NCBI GenBank assembly: GCA_031362565.1
Contig: JANLSU010000120.1
Coordinates: forward strand, 129,200-193,199
DNA from: a bacterium
GTDB lineage: Bacteria > Krumholzibacteriota > Krumholzibacteriia > G020349025
DNA length: 64,000 nucleotides
Direction of reading: 5' to 3'
Both the position numbers and the translations under genes were made by a program. The notes below the pieces were generated by a model that ran no database searches, was not told the DNA's origin, and saw nothing but the letters and a program-made list of their open reading frames with translations. Of this stretch, positions 47,383 to 57,500 are shown piece after piece (the first letter of the stretch is position 1; each line of letters starts with the position of its first letter).

Positions 47383-50300
47383 TCACTTCACGAGCATCAT
47401 CTTCTTGGCCTGCGTGAACGTCGGCGTCTGCAGGCGGTAGAAGTACATTCCGGTGCCGAGAGCGTTGCCGCGCTCGTCACGGCCGTCCCACACGATTGCG
47501 TAGCGGCCGGGCGCTTGCGCCCCGTTCACGAGCGTCCGCACCGTGCGTCCACGGACATCGAAGATGCGCAGGTCGATGTGCGCCGCCGCGATGCGTTCAC
47601 CGTTGACGCGGGCCGGAATCGCGTAGTTGATCTTGGTGGTCGGATTGAACGGGTTCGGGCTGTTCTGCGCCAAGGCGAAGGACTTGGGCAGCAGCGACTC
47701 GGTGTTCACGAACTCGAGGCCGATCGACTTCGAGTCGTTCGCCGCCCAAGCCGTGTTCGCGTCGCCGACCTGCACGACGTCCGCACCACGCACCTTGAAG
47801 GTGATCGCGTCCCCATTCACGGCGCCCTCGTCGGCGTCGGTGATCGAGATGTCACCGGCGATGTGCAGAATGCCGACCGTTCCATCCTGTTTCACGGTCG
47901 CCGTGCCGCACAGCTTGCCTTGAGCGTCATACGCTTCCAGCACTGTGCCGGTGGGCGCCGGCTTGCCATCGATCGTGAACTCGGTGCTCCACACGTCCAT
48001 GACCGTCGGCACCGACATCGCGTCCGAGCGCGCCGCAACCGGCATCTTGCCGCCTTGCTGCGCTTCGGCCGAGCCAGCCTTCGGCACGCCGCCGTACACG
48101 AGCTGATCCGCGGCCGTCATGTAGAACCAGTAGCCCTGGCCGCTGCGCATCTCGTGCAAGTCGGACAGTGCGGGCAGCGACGGATAGTAGGTGTGGTACC
48201 CGGCGCCGGTCTCGTAACCGCGCGCCAACGAGTACGAACCGGCGATCGTCGCGAGTGCCATCGCCGGCGCCATCGGTGCCGCCGGCATGTAGCCCGCCAA
48301 GTTCCAGCCCGTGCCAAGGTTGATCGGCGCCACGGGGTTCGTCGGCAAACCCGTGATGGCGAGCGTGCCCGGCTGGGTCATGTAGATCCAGTAACCGTGC
48401 TTGGCGTCCATGTTCTGCAAGTCGCTGAAGTCGACCGGCAGACCTGGCAGGTAGGTGTGGAACGCGCTCTGATCGTAGCCGCGCACCACGCTGTACTTGC
48501 CTTGGATCGTCGCCAGAACTTGGTCGATACGGGTGTTCGCCGGATCGACGTTGAAGGAGATCAAGTTCCAACCGGCGCTGAGCAGGTAGCCGGCGCTTTG
48601 CGTCGAGGACACCGGTGTCGACCAGGCGCTGGCGTTCTGGGCCACGTCACGGGCCCGGACGCGATACCAGTACGTCACACCGTCGGTAAGACCGGTAAAG
48701 CTATACGTCGTGGCCGCCATCCAGTCCGAGGTCGCGAACACGGTCGCGAAGCTCGCATCGGTCGAGCACTCCGCGTCGTATTCGGCCGCGGTCGCGGTGG
48801 CGCTCCACGAGACCAGGTTCGAAGCACCCTGAGTCACGCTTGGTTCGGCGAGCATGGTCGGAGCGTCCGGTGCCGTCGTATCGATCAGCGTCTGCGCGTC
48901 CGGTGTTCCGGGTGCAGTTTCGAAGTTCGAAGCGCTGTCAGTCGCACGCGTGTAGAAGGCATAGGCGCCGTCACCGCCGAGCGCCGAAGCGTCGAACGCG
49001 ATCGGGCTCGTCGTGAAGGGGCCGCCCGCGTACGGTGCGAAGGCGCCACCGTTGCGGGACACGTACAACTCGATCCCTGACAGGCCGCTGGTCGCGTCCG
49101 CCGCCGACCAGGCGATGTCGAAGGCCGAAGCCGTGGACAGTGCCGGCAGCGCCGCCGTCTGCGAGGCCGGTGCACTCGCGTCCTGCGTGCTGGACATTGC
49201 CGCCGACCAGGCGCTCTCCACGCTCAGGTTGTTGCGTGCCTTGACGCGATAGAAGTACTGCGCGCCATCGCTCAAGCCGTTGAAGTTGTGCGACGTCGCC
49301 GCCATCCAGCCGCTCTCGGCGAAGATCGAAGCGAACGTGTTCGCAGTCGAAGCCTGGACGAAGTACGCGATGTTGTTCGCACCCGGCGTCCAGGCGATCG
49401 TGCGGCTCGTACCGGCCGTGAAGGACGGCAGAGAAGCCAGAGTCGGCACCGCGGCCGCACTCATGTTGACGATCGTCTGCGCGTCCGGGCCACCTGGGGC
49501 CGGCTCGCGATTGGCGACGCGGTCACGAGCCCGGGTGTAGAAGGCGTAGTTGCCTTCGCCGCCCGTTGCCGCGACGTCGAACGAGATCGGGCTCGAGGCC
49601 CAAGGCCCGCCCGCATACACCGTGTAGGCGCCGCCGTCCTTGGCGTAGTAAAGGTCGACGCTCGCGACGCCACTCGTAGCGTCGTTGCCGTTCCACGCAA
49701 TCGGGAAGGTCGGCGTGGTGATTACCGGCGCGAGCGCAGCCACAGCTGAAGCCGGCGCCGTGTCGTCGAGCGTCGTCGTCTGAACAGTGGCATAGGGCGA
49801 CTCGTTCTGGGCCGCATCGCGGCACTTCACCCGGAACCAGTACGTCGTGCCATCGTCCAGCGAATTGAAGTTGAAGTTGGTCGACGAGAGCCAGGCGCTC
49901 TGCGACGTGATGGCCGCGAAGTCGGCGGCCGTGGACATCTCGGCCTGGTACTCGATCGCCCCCGTCGCCGCCTGGCTGTTCCACGACAAGAGCACCGCGG
50001 AACCGGCCATGAACTGTGCCAGAGAAGCGATGGCTGGCGCATTCGGCGCGCTCGCGTCGATCTGCGTTTGTGCATCGGGCGATCCCGGCGCCGCTTCGTA
50101 GTTGCCCGCCGTGTCACGGGCGCGCAAGTAGAAGGCGTACTGACCGTCGCCGCCAAAGTTGGCGCTGTTGAACGCGATCGGCGAGCTCGTGAATGGGCTC
50201 CCGGCCGCGAGTGCGAAGGCGCTGCCATTGCGGCTGTAGTAGAGATCCGTACCGGCGATACCACTCGTCATGTCCGTGCCGGACCAGGCGAGTGACACGA

Positions 50301-53300
50301 CCGGCGTGTTGAGCAGGGCCGGCAGTGCCGAGAGTTGCGACGCCGGAGCGGTCGCATCCAGGATGGTGGCGGCCAGAGACGAGAAGGCGCTGGCGTTGTG
50401 CGCCGCGTCACGCGATTGGACGCGGAAGTACGCCGGTTGGCCATCCGCCAAGCCGCTGAAGTTGAAGTCGTTCGCCACGATCCATCCCGTGTCCTGGCCG
50501 GGTGTCGCGAAGGTCGCCGCCGGCGAGGTCTGGGCCCGATACTCGGTGGCGCCGATGGCGGCATCCCAGTGCAGGTTCAGCGACGTACCGAGGGTGAAAT
50601 TGTCGAGTGCCGCGATTTGCGGTGCCGCCGGCGCTGCCGTATCGATCATCGTTTCGGCGTCGGCCGCTGCCGGCGCGTCTTCGATGTTGCCGACGTTGTC
50701 GTGGCCACGGGTGTAGAAGGCGTACTGGCCGTCACCCATCGCCGATGCATCGAAGGCAATGGGGCTCGCCGTGAACGGACTGCCGCTCACCAGCGTGTAG
50801 GCCCCGCCGTCCTTCGACATGTAGAGATCGGCGTTGGCGATGCCGCTCGCCGTGTCATTGCCCGTCCAAGCAATCGACAGCAGTGCAGCAGCGCTGGTCG
50901 CCGGCAGCGCAGCCGCCTGAGTGGCCGGGGCCGATGCATCCAGCGTCGTCGCAGCCGGGCTGCCGAAGGCCGAAACGTTACCGGCAGCGTCACGCGACGC
51001 GGCGCGGAAGTAGTGGATCTGGCCATCGGCGAGACCCGTGAACGTGTGATCGATCGCCGGTGCCCAGTCGGTCTCGGCGAGAATCGTCGCGAACGCAGCA
51101 TCCGTCGATGCTTGCGTGCGGTAGGCCGTCGCGCCCGAAGCGCTCGCATCGGCCCACGTGATGGCGCGATCGCTGCCGGCCGTGAACGGCGGCAGAGCCG
51201 CCATCGCCGGCGCCGCGGCCGGCGTCGTGTCGATCATGATCTGCGCATCGGCGGTTGCCGGTGCCGTTTCCGTGTTGCCCACATGATCGTGTGCCGCCGC
51301 GTAGAAGGCGAACGATCCGTCACCGAGCGCGCTGGCGTCGAGGGCGATCGGCGTCGCATCGAACGGACTGCCGCTCACCAGTTGCCATGCGCCGCCATCC
51401 TTCGCGACATACAGATCCACGCCGGCGATGCCGCTCGTGGCATCGCTGCCTGTCCAGGCCAGGCTCAGGTGCGGGTCATTGCTGAGGGCGGCGAGCGGTT
51501 CGATCTGCGACGTGGGCGCGGTGGCGTCCATCGTCGTGCTTTGCATGCCCGAGTAGCCGGTCATATTCGCCGCGATATCGCGGGCCTGCACCCGGAAGTA
51601 GTAGTGCTGGCCGTCTGTGAGGGCCGCGAAGTCATGTTGCAGTTCCGCCGCCCAGACGGTCGCGAGATCGATCGTCGCGAAGCCTGGATCGGTGGACATT
51701 TCGACGCGGTAGGCCGCGGCGCCCGACGCGCTCTCATCCGACCAGTGCAGCGTCAGCGCCGCCCCGCTCGTGAACGTCGTCATGCCGGCAATCGTCGGCG
51801 CACCCGGCGCCGCCGTGTCGATGACGATCTCGGCATCGGCCGATGCAGGCGCATCCTCGATGTTGCCGGCTGCGTCCGTGCCACGTGCGAAGAACGTGTA
51901 GTGGCCGTCGCCGCCAGTCGTGAGAGCGTCGAACGCGATCGGACTCGAGGCGAATGGACCGCCTGGATACGCGAGCGCGGCACCGCCGTCCTTCGAATAG
52001 TAGAGCTCGATGCCCGTCAAACCGCTCGTGGCATCGGTTCCGGACCAGGCGATCTCGAGCCCCGTGGCGCTCGATGTCGGCGGCATTGCCGCCACAGCCG
52101 TGGCCGGCGCGGTAGCGTCTTGCGTGCTGGCAAGTGCAGCCGAGGGGGTCGATTCATTGCCGACGGTGTCACGGCTCCGAACGCGGAAGTAGTACATCGT
52201 CGCGTCGGCAAGACCGGTGAACGTGTAGTTGTGGTCGGTCGTCCAGTCGCTCTCCGCGACGAGCGACGTGAAGGCAGGATCGGTCGAGGCTTGCGCCCTG
52301 AACGACACGCCCTCGCCCGTCCAGTCGATCGAGCGGGCTGCACCCGGCGTGAAGGCCGGCAGGGCGGCGATCGCCGGAGCCGTAGGCGGCGCCGTGTCGA
52401 TGACGATTTCTGCATCACCGGTCGCGGGCGCTGCTTCGGCGTTGCCGACGGCGTCCGTGCCCAACGTGTAGAAGGCGTACGTGCCGTCGCCACCCATGGC
52501 GGAAGCATCGAACGCGATCGGGCTGGTGGCGTACGGGCCACCCGGCAGAAGCGTAAAGGCACCGCCATCCTTGGCGTAGTACAGCTCGACCGCAGTGAGA
52601 CCGCTGCTGGCGTCCGCACCCGTCCAAGCGATCGACAGTGCCGGCGACGCCGACATCGCGGCCATCGCATCGACGCTGGTGGCCGGCGCGCTTGCATCCT
52701 GCGTGCTCAGGGCCAAGGCGCTGAAGGCCGATTCGTTCAGAGCCGCATCGCGCGACTGCACGCGGTAGTGATACTGCGTGCCGTCCGCGAGGCCGGTGAA
52801 CGTGTGCGTGAGGCTTGAAATCCAGTCACTCGTCGAGGCGATCGCATCGAAGGTGGGGGTCGTCGAGGCTTGAATGCGATATTCCATCGCGCCCGACGCC
52901 GCCTGATCATCCCAGGTCATGTCCCGCGACAAACCCGGCGTGAAAGCCGGCAGCGCCGCGAGAGCCGGCATGGCCGGCGCTTGCGTATCGAAGATCGTCG
53001 TCGCATCGGCGGCTTCCGGCGCCGTCTCGGCGTTCGCGACATTGTCAGCCGCGATCGTATAGAAGGCGTAGGCGCCGTCGCCGCCGGTCGTCGAGGCGTC
53101 GAACGCGATCGGCGTCGCCGTGTAGGGGCCGTTCGGGTACATCGTGAACGCGCCGCCATCCTTGGCGTAGAAGAGCTGCACGCCCGACACGCCTGAGAGG
53201 GCGTCGATCGCTAACCACTCGAGGTCGAGCGTTGAATTCGACTTGTAGGTGCCGAGTGCCAACACGTGGGACGCGGGAGCGCTCGCGTCTTGCTGGCTCG

Positions 53301-54285
53301 CGACGGCGGTGGCGAAGGCCGACTCGTTGTTGGCGATGTCGCGGGCCTTCACCCGGAAGAAGTACGGCTGGCCGTCCGCCAGGCCGCTGAAATTGAAGTT
53401 CGTCGTCGCGATCCAGCCGCTGTTGCCCACCAGCGACGTGAAGGCGGCGTCGAGAGCGCATTCGGCGTAGTACGCCGAGGCGCCGCTCGCTGCTTGATCA
53501 CTCCAGGCGACCGTGTTCGCCGCACCCGGTGTGAAGCCCGGTTCGCCGGCCATGATCGGCACATCCGGCGGCGTCGCGTCGGTCGGCGTCGCGACGCCCG
53601 AATTGACGGACATCGCCGTGCCCGGGTACGCCGGCGTGCCGCGGTACACGAGCCCGAGCGCGTACTGGTAGTTGGTCCCGAACGTGACTGCCGTGTCGTG
53701 GTACGCGGAGTCGGTGAGCGCGATCGCGTTCAGTTGCGTGAACGCGATGCCGTCGGTACTCCGATAGATGTTGTAGCCCGCCACCAGCGACGGCGTGCCG
53801 GCGGTCAGAGCCGCATGCCACGTAACGTCGATGAATGCGGGGCCACCGACCGCAAGCGGCACCGGAATCGGCCGCACGGTCATGCCCGGGAACACGTCGG
53901 GGTCCACCGACGCCAGAGTTTTGACAGCCAACCCGTAGTAACCGGCATGCGCGGCAGTGCCGGCGCCGGTCTGCATCTCGAGGACGGCGGCGTGTTCATC
54001 GCCGACCAGCCACTGGCGGGTGAGCCCGAAGCCCACATCGTGCAACCAGTAGCCGGGCAGCGTCGTGCCCGTCGTCACCGACGTGCGCGCTGCCGAATCA
54101 CCCGTCCAGTAGATTTGCGTGGTCGCCGAGGCGTCCGTTTCCGGAACACCCGGCGCTTCGGACACGGCTCCACCTTCGGTGTGCGTCGTGCCTGCGAATG
54201 CCGCCGGCAAGCCGGCCAACATCGTCAGCAGGAACGTCACACCTCCGATGAGGCGCATCCAGCGGGGTTGGATCGCTTGAAACAT
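47383..54285 (-). CDS. Giant secreted surface protein (~2300 aa) built from ~8-9 tandem ~195-aa FN3-like + Ig-like modules, with a T9SS-type C-terminal sorting domain
   Basis: The ATG at c54283..54285 follows AAGGAG and gives MFQAIQPRWMRLIGGVTFLLTMLAGLPAAFA, a signal peptide. One repeated unit begins [W.D.A..GA..Y..Q.ST...F......DW.....F.GL.DG..Y.FRV..RD.AGNES..S....STQDASAPA]. The second unit is [L.WTG.DA.SG......LYY.KDGGA......GP...SPIAFDAS..GGDG.Y.FYT...D.VGN.E.AP...DA...IDT..P.AP.IAALP.FT.G]. The C-terminus LAQNSPNPFNPTTKINYAIP...GMYFYRLQTPTFTQAKKMMLVK is a Por_Secre_tail. Confidence 0.8.
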   Translation of the reverse strand: MFQAIQPRWMRLIGGVTFLLTMLAGLPAAFAGTTHTEGGAVSEAPGVPETDASATTQIYWTGDSAARTSVTTGTTLPGYWLHDVGFGLTRQWLVGDEHAAVLEMQTGAGTAAHAGYYGLAVKTLASVDPDVFPGMTVRPIPVPLAVGGPAFIDVTWHAALTAGTPSLVAGYNIYRSTDGIAFTQLNAIALTDSAYHDTAVTFGTNYQYALGLVYRGTPAYPGTAMSVNSGVATPTDATPPDVPIMAGEPGFTPGAANTVAWSDQAASGASAYYAECALDAAFTSLVGNSGWIATTNFNFSGLADGQPYFFRVKARDIANNESAFATAVASQQDASAPASHVLALGTYKSNSTLDLEWLAIDALSGVSGVQLFYAKDGGAFTMYPNGPYTATPIAFDASTTGGDGAYAFYTIAADNVANAETAPEAADATTIFDTQAPAMPALAALPAFTPGLSRDMTWDDQAASGAMEYRIQASTTPTFDAIASTSDWISSLTHTFTGLADGTQYHYRVQSRDAALNESAFSALALSTQDASAPATSVDAMAAMSASPALSIAWTGADASSGLTAVELYYAKDGGAFTLLPGGPYATSPIAFDASAMGGDGTYAFYTLGTDAVGNAEAAPATGDAEIVIDTAPPTAPAIAALPAFTPGAARSIDWTGEGVSFRAQASTDPAFTSLVAESDWTTDHNYTFTGLADATMYYFRVRSRDTVGNESTPSAALASTQDATAPATAVAAMPPTSSATGLEIAWSGTDATSGLTGIELYYSKDGGAALAYPGGPFASSPIAFDALTTGGDGHYTFFARGTDAAGNIEDAPASADAEIVIDTAAPGAPTIAGMTTFTSGAALTLHWSDESASGAAAYRVEMSTDPGFATIDLATVWAAELQHDFAALTDGQHYYFRVQARDIAANMTGYSGMQSTTMDATAPTSQIEPLAALSNDPHLSLAWTGSDATSGIAGVDLYVAKDGGAWQLVSGSPFDATPIALDASALGDGSFAFYAAAHDHVGNTETAPATADAQIMIDTTPAAAPAMAALPPFTAGSDRAITWADASASGATAYRTQASTDAAFATILAETDWAPAIDHTFTGLADGQIHYFRAASRDAAGNVSAFGSPAATTLDASAPATQAAALPATSAAALLSIAWTGNDTASGIANADLYMSKDGGAYTLVSGSPFTASPIAFDASAMGDGQYAFYTRGHDNVGNIEDAPAAADAETMIDTAAPAAPQIAALDNFTLGTSLNLHWDAAIGATEYRAQTSPAATFATPGQDTGWIVANDFNFSGLADGQPAYFRVQSRDAAHNASAFSSLAATILDATAPASQLSALPALLNTPVVSLAWSGTDMTSGIAGTDLYYSRNGSAFALAAGSPFTSSPIAFNSANFGGDGQYAFYLRARDTAGNYEAAPGSPDAQTQIDASAPNAPAIASLAQFMAGSAVLLSWNSQAATGAIEYQAEMSTAADFAAITSQSAWLSSTNFNFNSLDDGTTYWFRVKCRDAAQNESPYATVQTTTLDDTAPASAVAALAPVITTPTFPIAWNGNDATSGVASVDLYYAKDGGAYTVYAGGPWASSPISFDVAATGGEGNYAFYTRARDRVANREPAPGGPDAQTIVNMSAAAVPTLASLPSFTAGTSRTIAWTPGANNIAYFVQASTANTFASIFAESGWMAATSHNFNGLSDGAQYFYRVKARNNLSVESAWSAAMSSTQDASAPASQTAALPALSTASAFDIAWSAADATSGLSGIELYVSRNGGAFAPYAGGPFTTSPIAFDASALGGDGAYAFYTRATDSASNFETAPGTPDAQTLIDTTAPDAPTMLAEPSVTQGASNLVSWSATATAAEYDAECSTDASFATVFATSDWMAATTYSFTGLTDGVTYWYRVRARDVAQNASAWSTPVSSTQSAGYLLSAGWNLISFNVDPANTRIDQVLATIQGKYSVVRGYDQSAFHTYLPGLPVDFSDLQNMDAKHGYWIYMTQPGTLAITGLPTNPVAPINLGTGWNLAGYMPAAPMAPAMALATIAGSYSLARGYETGAGYHTYYPSLPALSDLHEMRSGQGYWFYMTAADQLVYGGVPKAGSAEAQQGGKMPVAARSDAMSVPTVMDVWSTEFTIDGKPAPTGTVLEAYDAQGKLCGTATVKQDGTVGILHIAGDISITDADEGAVNGDAITFKVRGADVVQVGDANTAWAANDSKSIGLEFVNTESLLPKSFALAQNSPNPFNPTTKINYAIPARVNGERIAAAHIDLRIFDVRGRTVRTLVNGAQAPGRYAIVWDGRDERGNALGTGMYFYRLQTPTFTQAKKMMLVK
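48700..53550 (-). repeat. Intragenic tandem repeat array (~585-nt units, diverged) encoding the FN3/Ig-like modules of the giant surface protein
   Basis: Periodic recurrence of STQDA(S/T)APA... and IDT(A/T)(A/P)P.AP.IAALP.FT.G in the translation every ~195 aa. The DNA units are similar but not identical. Confidence 0.6.
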
Positions 54286-54551
54286 CTCTGTCGCTCCTTG
54301 GGCAATTGCAAACACGATCGAACGAACGAACAACAGTCGAACGCTCGGAACACCGAACGACGGCGGACGATTCACGGCGCCAGGTGCGGCGGGAATCGCG
54401 GCAGCTCTTGATCGAGGCTTGGTGCCCTCGCGGGCAGTGCGGTCGTGCGGTGCGGCCTCCGTCGCCGCCGGTCGAGGCGGGACGGAGGCCCGAGCGGATT
54501 TAGTGGCGCGCCGTCAATTGGCGCTTCCGAAGGCTGCGAACCGGTCCTGAA

Positions 54552-57500
54552 TCAGCGGGCGCGCGGGCGCCAGCCGTTGACATTTGCGTTGACCACGATG
54601 CCGTAACCCTGGCCGGGCACGATCCCGAAGTTCTGGCCGCGCCAGCCGTTCGCAAAGTACAGGTAGCTCTGCGGCGCCCCGGTCGCGGCATCGAAGCGAA
54701 TAATCTTCGCGACCTTGGCTGGGGCAGCACCGCCATTCAAGTGATCCAGGAGTGCCTGGGCATCGGTGTAGTCGGCGCTGTACGGCAATCCCAACCAATA
54801 GATGTTGGATGTCGTGCCGCGCGACTGGAAGTTGAAACCGAGGGCCGGATTGTGTGCCCCCACCAGCGCCTGCGTCAGATTGGTCTGCAGCGTGATGGCG
54901 TACGCTTCGCCGGCGATGATCGGGAAGTTGTCGCCGACCCACGCGCCAAACTCATAGTTGAGCGCCTGGGTCAACTGCGTCGTGGCGTTGAAACGCGTGA
55001 TCCGGCGTACGGGGCCCGGAATCGGACCGCGGTTCAGGTCGTTGACCAGCGACTGCGCATCGACGAAACCGCTCAGGTACGGGATCGCAATCCAGTACGC
55101 GTTCTCCGTGCCGGACGCAAAGGACAGGCTGAGCGCCGACTTCATGGCCAGAGCCGAACCCGTCCACGATTCACGATTGCTTGCCGACACGGCGTAGACC
55201 CGATAGAAGTAGTTCGGGGCTGCATTCAGTGCGCCGGTATCGGTGAACGACTGGCCGGTGGTCGTGCCGAGCAGATTCGAGTGCGCAACGACGTCCGGAA
55301 CGAAGGCCACCGTCGTGCCGCGATAGATGTTGTAGTGATTGGGAATGAAGGTCGCACCCATCGAGTCGGTGGTGCAGGGCGACCAGCGCAGAAGCACGCT
55401 CGATCCGCTCTTGACCGCCGTGAAACCGGCCACTTGCGCCGGCGGCGGGGCCTGGAGCGGCTTGCCGCTCATGACCGTCGAGTTGGTGTTCTTGTTGCCG
55501 GCGCCGTCGCTGGCGCGCATCACGTAGTAGTAGGTGTTGCTGGCCGAGAGCCCGCTCACCGTCGTGCGCACGTTGGCGGCATCCAACTGCGCCAGGAACA
55601 GGAAGTCGGCGTTCGACTTCTTGTAGTTGTGCACCTGCACTGCGAGCGTGTTCTTGCCGACGTACAATGCATTCGTGAACGCCGACAAGTCGATCCAGCG
55701 CAGGGTAGGGTTCGGCGTATAGTTGGTCGGCGATGCCAGGTCGAGCACCGCGTTCCAGGACGGATTGACGCTCGACGCTGCCAGTGAATTGAAGTTCGCC
55801 GGGTTGTTCATGTTGTCGCGCGTCACTTCGACGCCGTTGATGTAGGCGATGAAGCCATCGTCCACGAGGACGCCGAGCTGGATGGCCTGCGGAATCGACG
55901 CCAGGTTGAAGTTGGCGCGGAAGTACACCGACGTATAGGCGTTGTTCATGTCGGACAACACCGTCGCCGGCTGATAGCGGTTGCCGGTGTCATAGCCGAA
56001 GGCACCCTCGCCCGCCAACCAGCCCGAGTCGTCGAAGTTGCGATCCTTCCACAGGGCCGGCGGGGCGGATGTGCCCTTGAGGAAGTGCCAGCTCGCACCC
56101 ATCGGCACGATCGGTGCCGTGCCGCTGATGGTCGCGGTCGGGGTCGTGAAGTTGAAGCCGGCCGGCGTGAGCGATTGGTACATCTGATACGAAATCGGTA
56201 GCGTGTTGTCCTGGGCGGCGTTCCAGCTCAACGTCAGCGTTCCGTCACCCGGGGTGATACCGGTCAAGCCGGCGAAAGCCGGGGCCACGGCATCGGTGGG
56301 CCTGGCGGACATTGAAATCACCGTGGTCGTGCGGTTGCCGGCCTCGTCCACGGGAACGACGGCGAACCAGTAGTTCGTGCCGTTCACCAGTCCGGTGATG
56401 TTGGCGGACGCCGCCCCAGCGGGGACCGTCAACACCGGCACCGAGGTGCCGAGCGTCGTAAAGGACGACGATCTCTGATAGATGTCATAGCCGGCGACAT
56501 CACCCTGAGCGGCCTCGGGGTACCCTGGCCAGGCGAGCGCCACCGTGCCGCCGGCTGCGGTGTTCGTCGCGGTCAGGGCGGCGATCGCCGCAGGGGCAAT
56601 GTTGTCGAGCCCGCGCACCGGTCCGACCTCGAGCGAGAACGTCGACTTCTTCACACCGGCGCTGTCCGACTGCACCACGTACCAGTAGTCCTGAGCGTCG
56701 GCGGTCGTGCTGTCGTTGAAGGTGTTCGTGCCGTTCGGCACCCAGCCGAAAGACGTCGCGCCGTACACCCCGGCGGTGGTCGTGCGATAGATGTCGTAGC
56801 GCGTGATGTTGGCGTCGGCACCGATGAGCGCCCACGTCAGCTTGATCCAGCCGCCTTGGTCCGCCGGACGATCTGCCGCCGTAAAGCTCTTGGGTTCGGC
56901 GAGGCCGCCGTTGTTGACGGACGTGACCGGGCCGACCTCGAGGAACGCCGAAACGTTCATACCGTCGGTGCAGCGGATCCGGTAGAAGTAGTTGGTGCCG
57001 TCGAGCGGCGTGTTGTCGAAGTATTCGACCGAACCTGCCGGGCGGACCGAAAGCGGCGTGGAGGGATACGAAGTGCCACTCTTTTTGCGATAGATCTCGT
57101 AGCCGCTTACGTCGGCCATGCCGCCGCCGTCATCCAACGACTTGGTCCACGTGAGGCGCAGGCTGCCGCCGTCGTCGGTCGGCGTGTCAATCACCGCGAG
57201 AGCCGTGGCCGGGTTCGGCGCAATGTTGTCGATGGCCGCGGCGCTCGTCCCCGCACCGGCAAAGATGGCGTTCATTTTGCCGCTCGAGTCGAATGCGCCG
57301 ACGAACACCGAGTACTGCTTGCCGCGCACGAGCGGCAGGCCGTTGAACGTATCGAGCCGCATGTGCAACGAGTCGGGATTGGTGATCGGCGCCAGGTTGA
57401 GCGGCGTCATCCCGGATGCATTGGTAAACGGTGCGTCGTTCACGAAGATATCGTAGTGATCGAAGTCGGTCGCGACCGACTTGGTCCAACTGAGATCGAG